Shown in pieces: positions 26,186 to 50,254 of a stretch of 64,000 nucleotides of DNA. This DNA comes from Escherichia coli. Lineage in GTDB: Bacteria > Pseudomonadota > Gammaproteobacteria > Enterobacterales > Enterobacteriaceae. The position numbers and the translations under genes are program-made. Every line of letters starts with the position of its first letter. The stretch's first letter is position 1. The stretch is from NCBI RefSeq assembly GCF_003334335.1, contig NZ_QOWQ01000005.1; one strand, 5' to 3'. Under the pieces are notes generated by a model. That model saw nothing but the letters and a program-made list of their open reading frames with translations. It had not been told where the DNA came from and searched no databases.

Positions 26186-26207
26186 CACCGGCTTGAAAAG
26201 CACAAAA

Positions 26208-26237
26208 GCCAGTCTGGAAACAGGCTGGCTTTTTTTT
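26208..26237 (+). terminator. intrinsic terminator of the atp operon
   Basis: Stem gccagtctgg / ccaggctggc followed by eight T, 22 bp after the atpC stop. Confidence 0.85.
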
Positions 26238-26537
26238 GCGCGTGTGACCCGTCCTGAATAGCGTTCACATAGATCCTGCTGATATAAAACCCCCCTGTTT
26301 TCCTGTTTATTCATTGATCGAAATAAGAGCAAAAACATCCACCTGACGCTTAAATTAAGGTACTGCCTTAATTTTCTGCAGACAAAAGGCGTGACGATGG
26401 TCGAAAATGGCGCTTTCGTCAGCGGGGATAATCCGTTATTGAACAATTTATCCTCTGTCCATTTCACGATGAAAAAAATGTAGTTTTTTCAAGGTGAAGC
26501 GGTTTAAATTCGTTCTCAAATTACAGTCAGGACGCGT

Positions 26538-27908
26538 ATGTTGAATAATGCTATGAGCGTAGTGATCCTTGCCGCAGGCAAAGGCACGCGCATGTATTCC
26601 GATCTTCCGAAAGTGCTGCATACCCTTGCCGGGAAAGCGATGGTTCAGCATGTCATTGATGCTGCGAATGAATTAGGCGCAGCGCACGTTCACCTGGTGT
26701 ACGGTCACGGCGGCGATCTGCTAAAACAGGCGCTGAAAGACGACAACCTTAACTGGGTGCTTCAGGCAGAGCAGCTGGGTACGGGTCATGCAATGCAGCA
26801 GGCCGCACCTTTCTTTGCCGATGATGAAGACATTTTAATGCTCTACGGCGACGTGCCGCTGATCTCTGTCGAAACACTCCAGCGTCTGCGTGATGCTAAA
26901 CCGCAGGGTGGCATTGGTCTGCTGACGGTGAAACTGGATGATCCGACCGGTTATGGACGTATCACCCGTGAAAACGGCAAAGTTACCGGCATTGTTGAGC
27001 ACAAAGATGCCACCGACGAGCAGCGTCAGATTCAGGAGATCAACACCGGCATTCTGATTGCCAACGGCGCAGATATGAAACGCTGGCTGGCGAAGCTGAC
27101 CAACAATAATGCTCAGGGCGAATACTACATCACCGACATTATTGCGCTGGCGTATCAGGAAGGGCGTGAAATCGTCGCCGTTCATCCGCAACGTTTAAGC
27201 GAAGTAGAAGGCGTGAATAACCGCCTGCAACTCTCCCGTCTGGAGCGTGTTTATCAGTCCGAACAGGCTGAAAAACTGCTGTTAGCAGGCGTTATGCTGC
27301 GCGATCCAGCGCGTTTTGATCTGCGTGGTACGCTAACTCACGGGCGCGATGTTGAAATTGATACTAACGTTATCATCGAGGGCAACGTGACTCTCGGTCA
27401 TCGCGTGAAAATTGGCACCGGTTGCGTGATTAAAAACAGCGTGATTGGCGATGATTGCGAAATCAGTCCGTATACCGTTGTGGAAGATGCGAATCTGGCA
27501 GCGGCCTGTACCATTGGCCCGTTTGCCCGTTTGCGTCCTGGTGCTGAGTTGCTGGAAGGTGCTCACGTCGGTAACTTCGTTGAGATGAAAAAAGCGCGTC
27601 TGGGTAAAGGCTCGAAAGCTGGTCATCTGACTTACCTGGGCGATGCGGAAATTGGCGATAACGTTAACATCGGCGCGGGAACCATTACCTGCAACTACGA
27701 TGGTGCGAATAAATTTAAGACCATTATCGGCGACGATGTGTTTGTTGGTTCCGACACTCAGCTGGTGGCCCCGGTAACAGTAGGCAAAGGCGCGACCATT
27801 GCTGCGGGTACAACTGTGACGCGTAATGTCGGCGAAAATGCATTAGCTATCAGCCGTGTGCCGCAGACTCAGAAAGAAGGCTGGCGTCGTCCGGTAAAGA
27901 AAAAGTGA
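26538..27908 (+). CDS. glmU: bifunctional GlcNAc-1-phosphate uridyltransferase / GlcN-1-phosphate acetyltransferase
   Basis: ORF track 26538..27908, 456 aa; N-terminal nucleotidyltransferase motif LAAGKGTRM and C-terminal hexapeptide repeats. Confidence 0.97.
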   Translation: MLNNAMSVVILAAGKGTRMYSDLPKVLHTLAGKAMVQHVIDAANELGAAHVHLVYGHGGDLLKQALKDDNLNWVLQAEQLGTGHAMQQAAPFFADDEDILMLYGDVPLISVETLQRLRDAKPQGGIGLLTVKLDDPTGYGRITRENGKVTGIVEHKDATDEQRQIQEINTGILIANGADMKRWLAKLTNNNAQGEYYITDIIALAYQEGREIVAVHPQRLSEVEGVNNRLQLSRLERVYQSEQAEKLLLAGVMLRDPARFDLRGTLTHGRDVEIDTNVIIEGNVTLGHRVKIGTGCVIKNSVIGDDCEISPYTVVEDANLAAACTIGPFARLRPGAELLEGAHVGNFVEMKKARLGKGSKAGHLTYLGDAEIGDNVNIGAGTITCNYDGANKFKTIIGDDVFVGSDTQLVAPVTVGKGATIAAGTTVTRNVGENALAISRVPQTQKEGWRRPVKKK

Positions 27909-28069
27909 TTCTGGCCGGCTAACCCGGTCACATGGGATGAGGAGATAACATAATCTCCCTCCCACAAGCAGTAACTATAAAAATAACCCCACTCTCTACA
28001 AGGCTCGGGGCGCCCGAAAAAACGGGCATACAGGTTGACCGACAACGATATAAATCGGAATCAAAAACT

Positions 28070-29899
28070 ATGTGTGGAATTGTTGGCGCGATCGCGCAAC
28101 GTGATGTAGCAGAAATCCTTCTTGAAGGTTTACGTCGTCTGGAATACCGCGGATATGACTCTGCCGGTCTGGCCGTTGTTGATGCAGAAGGTCATATGAC
28201 CCGCCTGCGTCGCCTCGGTAAAGTCCAGATGCTGGCACAGGCAGCGGAAGAACATCCTCTGCATGGCGGCACTGGTATTGCTCACACTCGCTGGGCGACC
28301 CACGGTGAACCTTCAGAAGTGAATGCGCATCCGCATGTTTCTGAACACATTGTGGTGGTGCATAACGGCATCATCGAAAACCATGAACCGCTGCGTGAAG
28401 AGCTAAAAGCGCGTGGCTATACCTTCGTTTCTGAAACCGACACCGAAGTGATTGCCCATCTGGTGAACTGGGAGCTGAAACAAGGCGGGACTCTGCGTGA
28501 GGCCGTTCTGCGTGCTATCCCGCAGCTGCGTGGTGCGTACGGTACAGTGATCATGGACTCCCGTCACCCGGATACCCTGCTGGCGGCACGTTCTGGTAGT
28601 CCGCTGGTGATTGGCCTGGGGATGGGCGAAAACTTTATCGCTTCTGACCAGCTGGCGCTGTTGCCGGTGACCCGTCGCTTTATCTTCCTTGAAGAGGGCG
28701 ATATTGCGGAAATCACTCGCCGTTCGGTAAACATCTTCGATAAAACTGGCGCGGAAGTAAAACGTCAGGATATCGAATCCAATCTGCAATATGACGCGGG
28801 CGATAAAGGCATTTACCGTCACTACATGCAGAAAGAGATCTACGAACAGCCGAACGCGATCAAAAACACCCTTACCGGACGCATCAGCCACGGTCAGGTT
28901 GATTTAAGCGAGCTGGGACCGAACGCCGACGAACTGCTGTCGAAGGTTGAGCATATTCAGATCCTCGCCTGTGGTACTTCTTATAACTCCGGTATGGTTT
29001 CCCGCTACTGGTTTGAATCGCTAGCAGGTATTCCGTGCGACGTCGAAATCGCCTCTGAATTCCGCTATCGCAAATCTGCCGTGCGTCGTAACAGCCTGAT
29101 GATCACCTTGTCACAGTCTGGCGAAACCGCGGATACCCTGGCTGGCCTGCGTCTGTCGAAAGAGCTGGGTTACCTTGGTTCACTGGCAATCTGTAACGTT
29201 CCGGGTTCTTCTCTGGTGCGCGAATCCGATCTGGCGCTAATGACCAACGCGGGTACAGAAATCGGCGTGGCATCCACTAAAGCATTCACCACTCAGTTAA
29301 CTGTGCTGTTGATGCTGGTGGCGAAGCTGTCTCGCCTGAAAGGTCTGGATGCCTCCATTGAACATGACATCGTGCATGGTCTGCAGGCGCTGCCGAGCCG
29401 TATTGAGCAGATGCTGTCTCAGGACAAACGCATTGAAGCGCTGGCAGAAGATTTCTCTGACAAACATCACGCGCTGTTCCTGGGCCGTGGCGATCAGTAC
29501 CCAATCGCGCTGGAAGGCGCATTGAAGTTGAAAGAGATCTCTTACATTCACGCTGAAGCCTACGCTGCTGGCGAACTGAAACACGGTCCGCTGGCGCTAA
29601 TTGATGCCGATATGCCGGTTATTGTTGTTGCACCGAACAACGAATTGCTGGAAAAACTGAAATCCAACATTGAAGAAGTTCGCGCGCGTGGCGGTCAGTT
29701 GTATGTCTTCGCCGATCAGGATGCGGGTTTTGTAAGTAGCGATAACATGCACATCATCGAGATGCCGCATGTGGAAGAGGTGATTGCACCGATCTTCTAC
29801 ACCGTTCCGCTGCAGCTGCTGGCTTACCATGTCGCGCTGATCAAAGGCACCGACGTTGACCAGCCGCGTAACCTGGCAAAATCGGTTACGGTTGAGTAA
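28070..29899 (+). CDS. glmS: glutamine-fructose-6-phosphate aminotransferase
   Basis: ORF track 28070..29899, 609 aa, MCGIVGAI N-terminal nucleophile, C-terminal SIS domains. Confidence 0.97.
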   Translation: MCGIVGAIAQRDVAEILLEGLRRLEYRGYDSAGLAVVDAEGHMTRLRRLGKVQMLAQAAEEHPLHGGTGIAHTRWATHGEPSEVNAHPHVSEHIVVVHNGIIENHEPLREELKARGYTFVSETDTEVIAHLVNWELKQGGTLREAVLRAIPQLRGAYGTVIMDSRHPDTLLAARSGSPLVIGLGMGENFIASDQLALLPVTRRFIFLEEGDIAEITRRSVNIFDKTGAEVKRQDIESNLQYDAGDKGIYRHYMQKEIYEQPNAIKNTLTGRISHGQVDLSELGPNADELLSKVEHIQILACGTSYNSGMVSRYWFESLAGIPCDVEIASEFRYRKSAVRRNSLMITLSQSGETADTLAGLRLSKELGYLGSLAICNVPGSSLVRESDLALMTNAGTEIGVASTKAFTTQLTVLLMLVAKLSRLKGLDASIEHDIVHGLQALPSRIEQMLSQDKRIEALAEDFSDKHHALFLGRGDQYPIALEGALKLKEISYIHAEAYAAGELKHGPLALIDADMPVIVVAPNNELLEKLKSNIEEVRARGGQLYVFADQDAGFVSSDNMHIIEMPHVEEVIAPIFYTVPLQLLAYHVALIKGTDVDQPRNLAKSVTVE

Positions 29900-29906
29900 T
29901 AAATGG

Positions 29907-29935
29907 ATGCCCTGCGTAAGCGGGGCATTTTTCTT
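29907..29935 (+). terminator. intrinsic terminator downstream of glmS
   Basis: Hairpin atgccc...gggcat followed by ttttt, immediately after the glmS stop. Confidence 0.75.
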
Positions 29936-30106
29936 CCTGTTATGTTTTTAATCAAACATCCTGCCAACTCCATGTGACAAACCGTCATCTTCGGCTACTT
30001 TTTCTCTGTCACAGAATGAAAATTTTTCTGTCATCTCTTCGTTATTAATGTTTGTAATTGACTGAATATCAACGCTTATTTAAATCAGACTGAAGACTTT
30101 ATCTCT

Positions 30107-30146
30107 CTGTCATAAAACTGTCATATTCCTTACATATAACTGTCAC
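30107..30146 (+). promoter_or_regulatory. tandem Pho boxes (PhoB binding sites) of the pstS promoter
   Basis: ctgtcataaaactgtcat at 30107-30124 and cttacatataactgtcac at 30129-30146 match the CTGTCATA(A/T)A(T/A)CTGTCA(C/T) Pho box consensus, about 70 bp upstream of pstS. Confidence 0.88.
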
Positions 30147-30194
30147 CTGTTTGTCCTATTTTGCTTCTCGTAGCCAACAAACAATGCTTTATGA

Positions 30195-31253
<1,059 letters not shown>

Positions 31254-31262
31254 TAAAACTCC

Positions 31263-31294
31263 AGGCCGGGTACGGTGTTTTACGCCGCATCCGG
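31263..31294. repeat. REP (repetitive extragenic palindrome) element in the pstS-pstC spacer
   Basis: ggccgggtacggtgttttacgccgcatccggc is an imperfect palindrome with a REP-like GCCGGATGCGGCG core (reverse orientation). Confidence 0.65.
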
Positions 31295-31336
31295 CATTAC
31301 AAAATGACTTTGTAAACGCGTTTAACTGAAGAGTAA

Positions 31337-33189
<1,853 letters not shown>

Positions 33190-33204
33190 TATTGCTGACA
33201 CGGT

Positions 33205-33262
33205 TTTCCCCTCACCCTAACCCTCTCCCCAGAGGGGCGAGGGGACCGACCGAGCGCCTTTT
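33205..33262. repeat. GC-rich extragenic repeat (box C-like) in the pstA-pstB spacer
   Basis: ccctcaccctaaccctctccccagaggggcgaggggaccgaccgagcgcc is a GC-rich imperfect palindrome; family assignment from memory is tentative. Confidence 0.4.
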
Positions 33263-33287
33263 TGACTCTGTACACGGTTAACACTTT

Positions 33288-33322
33288 GCCGGATGCGGCG
33301 TGAACGCCTGATCCGGCCTACG
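33288..33322. repeat. REP element in the pstA-pstB spacer
   Basis: gccggatgcggcgtgaacgcctgatccggcctacg is a near-canonical REP sequence. Confidence 0.8.
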
Positions 33323-33332
33323 GTAAGCCTGA

Positions 33333-34145
<813 letters not shown>

Positions 34146-34159
34146 TTCAGGAGTGCGTT

Positions 34160-34885
34160 ATGGACAGTCTCAATCTTAATAAACATATTTCCGGCCAGTT
34201 CAACGCCGAACTGGAAAGTATCCGCACGCAGGTGATGACCATGGGCGGCATGGTGGAGCAGCAGCTTTCTGATGCAATCACCGCGATGCATAACCAGGAC
34301 AGCGATCTGGCGAAGCGCGTCATCGAAGGCGACAAGAACGTCAACATGATGGAAGTGGCGATCGATGAAGCCTGCGTGCGCATTATCGCCAAACGTCAGC
34401 CGACGGCGAGCGACCTGCGACTGGTTATGGTGATCAGTAAAACCATTGCCGAGCTGGAGCGTATTGGCGACGTGGCGGACAAAATCTGCCGTACTGCGCT
34501 GGAGAAATTCTCCCAGCAACATCAGCCGTTGCTGGTAAGTCTGGAGTCGCTGGGCCGTCATACCATCCAGATGCTGCACGACGTGCTGGACGCGTTCGCG
34601 CGGATGGACATTGACGAAGCGGTACGTATTTATCGTGAAGATAAAAAAGTCGATCAGGAATACGAAGGTATTGTTCGTCAACTGATGACCTACATGATGG
34701 AAGATTCGCGTACCATTCCGAGCGTACTTACTGCGCTGTTCTGCGCGCGTTCTATCGAACGTATTGGCGACCGCTGCCAGAATATTTGTGAGTTTATCTT
34801 CTACTACGTGAAGGGGCAGGATTTCCGTCACGTCGGTGGCGATGAGCTGGATAAACTGCTGGCGGGGAAAGATAGCGACAAATAA
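34160..34885 (+). CDS. phoU: phosphate signalling modulator PhoU
   Basis: ORF track 34142..34885; the conserved start [19 protein letters not shown] gives 241 aa. Confidence 0.95.
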   Translation: MDSLNLNKHISGQFNAELESIRTQVMTMGGMVEQQLSDAITAMHNQDSDLAKRVIEGDKNVNMMEVAIDEACVRIIAKRQPTASDLRLVMVISKTIAELERIGDVADKICRTALEKFSQQHQPLLVSLESLGRHTIQMLHDVLDAFARMDIDEAVRIYREDKKVDQEYEGIVRQLMTYMMEDSRTIPSVLTALFCARSIERIGDRCQNICEFIFYYVKGQDFRHVGGDELDKLLAGKDSDK

Positions 34886-34894
34886 TTCACCAGA

Positions 34895-34932
34895 CAAATC
34901 CCAATAACTTAATTATTGGGATTTGTTATATA
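34895..34932 (+). terminator. putative intrinsic terminator after phoU
   Basis: Perfect 13-bp inverted repeat caaatcccaataa / ttattgggatttg followed by a T-rich tract. Confidence 0.65.
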
Positions 34933-34959
34933 TAACTTTATAAATTCCTAAAATTACAC

Positions 34960-35080
34960 AAAGTTAATAACTGCGAGCATGGTCATATTTTTATCAATAG
35001 CGCATTGCTATTTTCTCTGCACGCAATTAAATTAATTTCCGAACCTGGATGTTCGTTATAAAAACCATTAATAAATGACT
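34960..35080 (+). promoter_or_regulatory. bgl operon promoter region (A/T-rich silenced promoter; hexamers not resolved)
   Basis: A/T-rich tract immediately upstream of the first antiterminator target; identified by position and composition only. Confidence 0.5.
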
Positions 35081-43764
<8,684 letters not shown>

Positions 43765-44232
43765 TTAACTTAAAGAGTCTGTTTCAGGACATGAAATATC
43801 CAATCCGGGTAGACGGGGAATGATTCTGCTCATCACCACACCTGCCAGCAATGCAGGAATGATGCGGACAACGAGACTGTCACCAGAAAGAATGTTTTCA
43901 AACAACTCCGAGGAAGCCATGCCCTTAATATGTACAATAACTGCACAATAGATCTCGGTGATAACGACGCCACCTATGCCACCAGCCAGACAACGATAAC
44001 GTTTCTGTGACCCGATCTTTTCCGGCAGACAGGCAACCATTACACCGGTTAACAACGCAGGAATAGCTCCCGTAGTTATCGACAATAAGAGAAAAATTGG
44101 ATGTATTATCACCCAAAGAACCAGCGGTTCTTTTGCGAAGAATATGTAGAGGACAAGAAACAGAACACCAATTAACGGTCCTAAAACTGCAAAATAAAGT
44201 CCGTGATGTATTACCCGACGTGAAACAGACAT
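43765..44232 (-). CDS. cbrB: inner membrane protein CbrB
   Basis: ORF track 43765..44232, 155 aa, hydrophobic. Confidence 0.88.
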   Translation of the reverse strand: MSVSRRVIHHGLYFAVLGPLIGVLFLVLYIFFAKEPLVLWVIIHPIFLLLSITTGAIPALLTGVMVACLPEKIGSQKRYRCLAGGIGGVVITEIYCAVIVHIKGMASSELFENILSGDSLVVRIIPALLAGVVMSRIIPRLPGLDISCPETDSLS

Positions 44233-44298
44233 ATCAAACTCCCTTTACTTACCTTTGAGCGCCAATTTAAGCGGGGTAAGTGAAGGGAGTGTGAAGAA

Positions 44299-44964
44299 CT
44301 ATGCCGTAATATCCCAACCACGCGCTTTCCACAGTTCAGGTAACTGCGAAAGATGGGTAAAGGTGGTGACTTTCGGGTGAACGATCGGCTTATTGTGCGG
44401 GTCGGCGCAGAAGTAGAACACTTCCATACCTGCGTCGATACCAGATTGTGCACCGGCAACTGAGTCATCAACCAGAATGCAGTTTTCTACATTTACATTC
44501 ATCGCTTTTGCCGCATGGAACATTAACGCCGGGTCTGGCTTCCAGCGCTGAATATCGTAGCCGCTGAACAGTTTATCCGGGAAGTAGTGCAACATATTCA
44601 GCTTGCCCATAGAATGCTGCATTTTGTTATTTGGGCCGTTAGATACCACACACATTGGCGCAGTGATCGCTGACAGGAGCGCTCCAGCCCCTTCGATGGC
44701 TTCCAGTTCTGAATCGAACAGCCGAGCGACTTCTGCACGGTAAACGTGTTCAGCTTCTGTTTTCGCTAACGTAACACCATGTTCAAGGGAAACAATATCG
44801 ATAATTTCGTACAGTTTTACACCTTTGAAACGTTTGAATACCTCTTCAGGATCGAGCGTAATACCAAATTCCTGAAACATCGTTACATATGCGCGAGAGC
44901 AAATGACTTCACTGTCGACCAGCGTACCGTCGCAGTCGAAAAATACCGCTTCTATCCGGGACAT
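44299..44964 (-). CDS. yieH: HAD-superfamily phosphatase (6-phosphogluconate phosphatase)
   Basis: ORF track 44299..44964, 221 aa; HAD motif I FFDCDGTLVDSE. Confidence 0.92.
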   Translation of the reverse strand: MSRIEAVFFDCDGTLVDSEVICSRAYVTMFQEFGITLDPEEVFKRFKGVKLYEIIDIVSLEHGVTLAKTEAEHVYRAEVARLFDSELEAIEGAGALLSAITAPMCVVSNGPNNKMQHSMGKLNMLHYFPDKLFSGYDIQRWKPDPALMFHAAKAMNVNVENCILVDDSVAGAQSGIDAGMEVFYFCADPHNKPIVHPKVTTFTHLSQLPELWKARGWDITA

Positions 44965-45128
44965 GCCTTTCCTTTTTAATCAGTTTAACGTTTTCGTAGA
45001 GCCGATTTGCGCAACGCAATCGTTGCCGTATAAGTAAATCCAATAAAAAAGTCTCTCACAAACGCGCCTATTGTCGCATTTTGGTATACGATAGCGACGG
45101 ATTTTCCCTCCTTGTTCGGAAATAGATA

Positions 45129-46466
45129 ATGAGTCATCAACATACCACCCAGACTTCTGGTCAGGGGATGCTGGAACGCGTGTTTAAACTGCGCGAACAT
45201 GGCACGACGGCACGGACCGAAGTGATCGCCGGTTTTACCACCTTCCTGACGATGGTTTACATCGTTTTTGTTAACCCGCAAATTCTTGGCGTTGCTGGCA
45301 TGGATACCAGCGCCGTCTTCGTCACTACCTGTCTGATCGCTGCATTCGGCAGTATTATGATGGGACTATTTGCTAACCTGCCAGTTGCACTGGCACCCGC
45401 TATGGGCCTGAATGCGTTCTTCGCTTTTGTCGTTGTACAGGCGATGGGCTTGCCGTGGCAGGTCGGGATGGGCGCAATCTTCTGGGGCGCGATAGGTCTG
45501 CTGTTACTGACGATTTTCCGCGTTCGCTACTGGATGATAGCCAACATTCCGGTGAGTCTGCGTGTGGGTATTACCAGCGGTATCGGTCTGTTCATTGGCA
45601 TGATGGGGCTGAAAAACGCAGGTGTGATTGTCGCTAACCCGGAAACGCTGGTGAGCATCGGTAATCTGACTTCTCACAGCGTACTTCTGGGTATCCTCGG
45701 CTTCTTCATCATTGCTATTCTGGCCTCGCGCAACATTCACGCAGCGGTGCTGGTTTCTATCGTGGTGACGACGCTGCTGGGCTGGATGCTGGGTGATGTG
45801 CACTACAATGGCATCGTTTCTGCGCCGCCGAGCGTAATGACAGTTGTGGGTCATGTAGATTTAGCCGGGTCGTTTAACCTCGGGCTGGCAGGGGTGATTT
45901 TCTCTTTCATGTTGGTCAACTTGTTTGACTCCTCCGGTACGCTGATTGGCGTGACCGATAAAGCAGGTCTGGCGGATGAGAAGGGGAAATTCCCGCGCAT
46001 GAAGCAGGCGCTGTATGTCGACAGTATCTCTTCCGTGACCGGTTCGTTTATCGGTACTTCTTCCGTTACGGCTTATATTGAGTCCTCTTCCGGCGTATCG
46101 GTTGGCGGTCGTACCGGTCTGACGGCAGTGGTTGTTGGTCTGCTGTTCCTGCTGGTTATCTTTCTGTCGCCGCTGGCGGGGATGGTGCCAGGCTACGCTG
46201 CAGCTGGTGCGCTGATTTACGTTGGCGTGCTGATGACTTCCAGTCTGGCACGCGTGAACTGGCAGGATCTTACTGAATCTGTTCCGGCGTTTATTACCGC
46301 CGTGATGATGCCGTTCAGCTTCTCGATTACCGAAGGTATCGCGCTGGGCTTTATCTCCTACTGCGTGATGAAAATCGGTACCGGACGTCTGCGTGATCTA
46401 AGCCCGTGCGTAATCATCGTTGCGCTGCTGTTTATCCTGAAGATTGTCTTTATCGACGCTCACTAA
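45129..46466 (+). CDS. adeP: adenine permease (NCS2/AzgA family)
   Basis: ORF track 45129..46466, 445 aa, MSHQHTTQTSGQGMLERVFKL. Confidence 0.93.
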   Translation: MSHQHTTQTSGQGMLERVFKLREHGTTARTEVIAGFTTFLTMVYIVFVNPQILGVAGMDTSAVFVTTCLIAAFGSIMMGLFANLPVALAPAMGLNAFFAFVVVQAMGLPWQVGMGAIFWGAIGLLLLTIFRVRYWMIANIPVSLRVGITSGIGLFIGMMGLKNAGVIVANPETLVSIGNLTSHSVLLGILGFFIIAILASRNIHAAVLVSIVVTTLLGWMLGDVHYNGIVSAPPSVMTVVGHVDLAGSFNLGLAGVIFSFMLVNLFDSSGTLIGVTDKAGLADEKGKFPRMKQALYVDSISSVTGSFIGTSSVTAYIESSSGVSVGGRTGLTAVVVGLLFLLVIFLSPLAGMVPGYAAAGALIYVGVLMTSSLARVNWQDLTESVPAFITAVMMPFSFSITEGIALGFISYCVMKIGTGRLRDLSPCVIIVALLFILKIVFIDAH

Positions 46467-46481
46467 AATCGATAGCGCGTT

Positions 46482-46517
46482 AAAAACCCGCCATGCATGA
46501 TTGCTGGCGGGTTTTTT
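46482..46517. terminator. bidirectional intrinsic terminator between adeP and chrR
   Basis: aaaaa-cccgcca...tggcggg-tttttt: a GC stem flanked by an A run and a T run, so it is usable on both strands. Confidence 0.8.
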
Positions 46518-46519
46518 AT

Positions 46520-47086
46520 TTAGATCTTAACTCGCTGAATAAACTCACCAAATGCGGTCAATTGCCCGGTCAGGTGGTCCAGCGTACCCTGATCAATCAC
46601 TTCTCCGGTTTGCGGATCAACTTTGTTCTGAATCACGCCGCCCATAAATTCCGGCTTGTTCATCACCATTGCATCGAGGAAAACCAGAATCTGGCGCAGG
46701 TGATACTGACAGCGCGCGCCGCCAATCACGCCCATTGAGCTGGTCTGAATCAATACCGGTTTACCGGCCAGCGGTTGATCCGGCAGGCGGGAAAGCCAGT
46801 CGATGGCATTTTTCAGCCCACCCGGTACCGAGTAGTTATATTCCGGCGTGACGATCACCACACCGTCAGCCTGACGGATCTGTTCCGCCAGAGCTTCAAC
46901 CGTTGCTGGAAAACCTTCTTCCTGCTGTACGTCAGCGTCATACAAGGGAATGTCGGCAATGGATGGTAACGCATTGACTTCCATGCTCGCCGGAGCAATT
47001 TTCGGCAGGGTACGTGCAACCATGCCATTAAATGAGCCTTTGCGCAGGCTCCCCAGTAACGTAACCACCTGCAATTTTTCAGACAT
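46520..47086 (-). CDS. chrR: NAD(P)H-dependent FMN reductase / chromate reductase
   Basis: ORF track 46520..47086, 188 aa, flavodoxin-like N-terminus VVTLLGSLRKGSFN. Confidence 0.92.
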   Translation of the reverse strand: MSEKLQVVTLLGSLRKGSFNGMVARTLPKIAPASMEVNALPSIADIPLYDADVQQEEGFPATVEALAEQIRQADGVVIVTPEYNYSVPGGLKNAIDWLSRLPDQPLAGKPVLIQTSSMGVIGGARCQYHLRQILVFLDAMVMNKPEFMGGVIQNKVDPQTGEVIDQGTLDHLTGQLTAFGEFIQRVKI

Positions 47087-47107
47087 GATGACTCCTGTGG
47101 TTGTCTA

Positions 47108-47869
47108 TCAATTTGGCGAAAAAGCCTTCACGGTAGAGAGTTGGGCAAAACGCATCATCCGGCTGGTAGGATTGTTGGCGCGGCTGTGAATATCCGGCAG
47201 GCTTTTCCAGCCGTGTTTGCCATCTAACTCCCAGACACTGAGCTTTTCAATCGTGGGCGTGACCGCCACGGACCACACCAGCACGTCTTCCGCGTCGCAT
47301 AACGCTTCTACATGATTTACATGAGCACATTTCAGGCGTCCGGCAATGGGCAGCAGCTGCAGATCGCGCGGATCGTCATTCAAAACATCACCGGTTAGTT
47401 TTAGCACGCTTCGGCGCAGCGTGATGAGCTGCGCCCGCGCTTCGTTAGGATCGTTTTGTTTACTGATCCATAGCGATTCATTGCTGGAAAAGGTGTGGTT
47501 ATCGGGCGCGTGTGGGCTATGAAACCCGCGCGTCGCACGCTGTAGTTCCATATCGAGGCCACATTCACCTTCGGTTGTTAACGCCACGCCAACCATATTC
47601 CCGGCATAGGAAATGGAAAACGAAGGCAAATTTTTATCACTGAAAACCGGTTTACCTTTCGGCAGGGTGACGATTTCCGGCAATTCGCCAATGCCATACA
47701 GCATGAACATCAGTTCTGCGAGTAAACCTCTGGACGCCAGAAAACGGCTTTGACGATGAGGGGGAATGTTTCGGGCTTCTTGATGACACTGGGAGGGGAG
47801 ACGAACAGAAATCAGATGTCCTTCCGTTAAAATCCCTCGGGCAAAGTGAGTCGCCATTTTTCGCTCCAT
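47108..47869 (-). CDS. yieE: putative phosphopantetheinyl transferase-like protein
   Basis: ORF track 47108..47869, 253 aa; exact start uncertain (an alternative ATG lies 4 codons in). Confidence 0.85.
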   Translation of the reverse strand: MERKMATHFARGILTEGHLISVRLPSQCHQEARNIPPHRQSRFLASRGLLAELMFMLYGIGELPEIVTLPKGKPVFSDKNLPSFSISYAGNMVGVALTTEGECGLDMELQRATRGFHSPHAPDNHTFSSNESLWISKQNDPNEARAQLITLRRSVLKLTGDVLNDDPRDLQLLPIAGRLKCAHVNHVEALCDAEDVLVWSVAVTPTIEKLSVWELDGKHGWKSLPDIHSRANNPTSRMMRFAQLSTVKAFSPN

Positions 47870-48013
47870 GCTTAATGGTCCATTATGAATACAAGAGTAA
47901 TCATTTACTGGAATGATGGACAGACTAAAGCGGCTAAAAGTTCGATTCAGACAAGCTTATTACAACTTTTTTACATTTTATTGTGAAATTGGGTCGCGTT
48001 TCATACGATTCGG

Positions 48014-48973
48014 TTATGCCATCGACGCGTAAAGGTTTTTAATGGTTTCCCGTAACCAGACGATCTTCGGATTATGGCTGTTCCGTTTATGCCACAGCAG
48101 GGTAAAAGGAACTTCCAGCTTTTTTTGCTGGCTTTCGTCAAACGGGAGAGGAAGAGCAACCAACGGCAGTTGATGGAGTTGATTGTAGTACTGACAGTAG
48201 CGCGGCGCGGTCGCCAGTAGCAGATTGTCGGGTTGCGCTGCCATAAACAGTGACTGCTCGAATTCCGGCAGGCTCATAGCAATCGTGCGTTCGCGTCCCA
48301 GCTCCTGTAACACATTGTCCAGCGCCCAGGTATCGCTCTGTTCCCAGCAAATGCTGATATGCGGATAACGTAAGAAGGTGTCCAGATTCCACGTTTGATG
48401 CAGTGCCGGATGATCTTTGCGTAACCAGACGCAGGGCACATCACTAAACAGCACTTCATAATCAATGGCTAACGGTAGCGAGCTTAACAGCTCCCGCGAG
48501 CGAGGATGGCTTTCGCGACCGGAAAAACCGATATCCACTTCACCACGAGTAATGGCATCTAAGGAATCGTAATCCCAGTTACGTAATTTGATGGTCGCCT
48601 GCGGGTAACGTTGGTAGATCTGTTTCGACAGCGCATTAAGCATGATCATCATCAGCGGTGATTCCGCCGCCAGCTCAAACTTCAGGCCGCGCGGTGTCTG
48701 GTGGTGCGGTTTATCCAGCAGCAGGTTGCTCATTTGCATCCACTCCGCCAGATTTTGCTCCATGCTGACCATCAGCGGTGTGGGCGACAGACCCAGCGGT
48801 GAGTTCACAAAGAGCGGGTCGTCAAACCACGCTCTTAACTTTGCCAGCGACTTACTCACCGCCGAAGGTGTCACGTTTATCCGCTTCGCCGCTTTGGTTA
48901 CGCTGCGCTCCTGCATCAGCAGTTGCAGACAAAGCAGCAGATTGAGATCAAGCGTGGTGATGGATTTCTTCAT
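48014..48973 (-). CDS. yidZ: LysR-family transcriptional regulator
   Basis: ORF track 48014..48982; the conserved start [17 protein letters not shown] gives 319 aa; the start overlaps the mdtL 3' end by 26 nt. Confidence 0.9.
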
Positions 48974-50123
48974 GAGCGGCAACGGGGCGTCCAGGCGCGA
49001 CGAACATAATCAGCAACAGGCTCACTATGCTACAGGCAATCAGAATCCCGATCAGCATATTCCATGCGCCGATACCAACCACCGCTGCCAGCCAAATCCA
49101 CAGTGACGAACCGCAAACCTGCGCAATACCTAAGGTCGAGCTGGCTACGCCCGCGCGTAATGAAAACGGCCCTAACGCCTGACTCATCGCCACACCAAAA
49201 CCTACCGAGAAACCGGCGCAAATCAGCGTGATACCAAACAGAGAAACCGCATGGGAAGGTGAAACGGCAAGAGTGATCCCCGCCGCCAGGAATAACACCT
49301 GCGAGGTGATCATCAACGTACGTGGCTTAAAAATTCCCAGCGCAAATGGCGTGGAGAATGAAACGGTCATGCTGACGCCAGCGGTCAGCGCCATAATGGT
49401 GGCGTATTCACCGCGCTCAAACCCCATGATTTCCATCAGCAATACCGGTGACGTGTTGACGAAAGTGAGGATCACCGAAACGCTGAGGGTGGTGATAACA
49501 ACACGGCTGAGGAAAAAACGGTTAAGCAGCGACTCGCTATTTTCTCGTGGTTTATCCGAAGCTGCGGGGGCCGCTGGGCGCGTTTCTTTTAAAATAAACA
49601 AAGACAACATCAGTACCGCGATGCCCATCATTGCCATCGCCCAGAACAGACTCTGCCACGGGAATTTAAGCATAATCAGATGTCCGAGCACTGGCGCTAA
49701 CACCGGAATGATGCAGGTAATACCGTTGAGTAATGACAGCACTTTAGCCCGACGTCGATCATCCAGCGTGTCGCGCAAAATAGCGAACGCCACTACGTAA
49801 CAACAGCCTGCGCCCAACCCCTGTAGAAATCGGCCTGCAAGAAATAACGTGCTGGTTTCAGCCAGTGAACAGAACACCGAGGCAATAATAAATAGCGCCG
49901 CGCCGGGTATGGCGACCGGCTTTCTCCCTGAACGATCGGCCACTTTACCGGCAAATAACATCGCAGCTGCCATCCCCGCCAGATATACGGAGAACGCAAT
50001 ATGCAACTGCGCTTCGCTGGCATTGAGATCGGCGGCGATGCGCGGTAAACCAACGAGGTACATATCAATCCCGGCGGGATAAAGTAAAACCAGGGCAAAA
50101 CTACAAATCAAAAAGCGGGACAT
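48948..50123 (-). CDS. mdtL: MFS multidrug efflux transporter MdtL
   Basis: ORF track 48948..50123, 391 aa, 12-TM-like hydrophobic profile. Confidence 0.93.
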   Translation of the reverse strand: MSRFLICSFALVLLYPAGIDMYLVGLPRIAADLNASEAQLHIAFSVYLAGMAAAMLFAGKVADRSGRKPVAIPGAALFIIASVFCSLAETSTLFLAGRFLQGLGAGCCYVVAFAILRDTLDDRRRAKVLSLLNGITCIIPVLAPVLGHLIMLKFPWQSLFWAMAMMGIAVLMLSLFILKETRPAAPAASDKPRENSESLLNRFFLSRVVITTLSVSVILTFVNTSPVLLMEIMGFERGEYATIMALTAGVSMTVSFSTPFALGIFKPRTLMITSQVLFLAAGITLAVSPSHAVSLFGITLICAGFSVGFGVAMSQALGPFSLRAGVASSTLGIAQVCGSSLWIWLAAVVGIGAWNMLIGILIACSIVSLLLIMFVAPGRPVAAHEEIHHHA

Positions 50124-50254
50124 GGGCTAAAGCGTCCTGATAGTAAGGTGACGCAAAGCATACGTGGTGAAGGAGGATCAGGCGAGTTGCCATTTGGACA
50201 TAAGTGATTTCCTGAGAGGCAAGAAGCCAGCGAATGGCTGGCTTCTTGAAGGAT

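Noticed and set aside
50219-50250. Hairpin aagaagccagc...gctggcttctt between tnaB and mdtL as an intrinsic terminator
   Set aside because: Good stem but no U-tract on either strand. It may be a Rho-dependent or processing site, but it cannot be called a terminator from the sequence alone.
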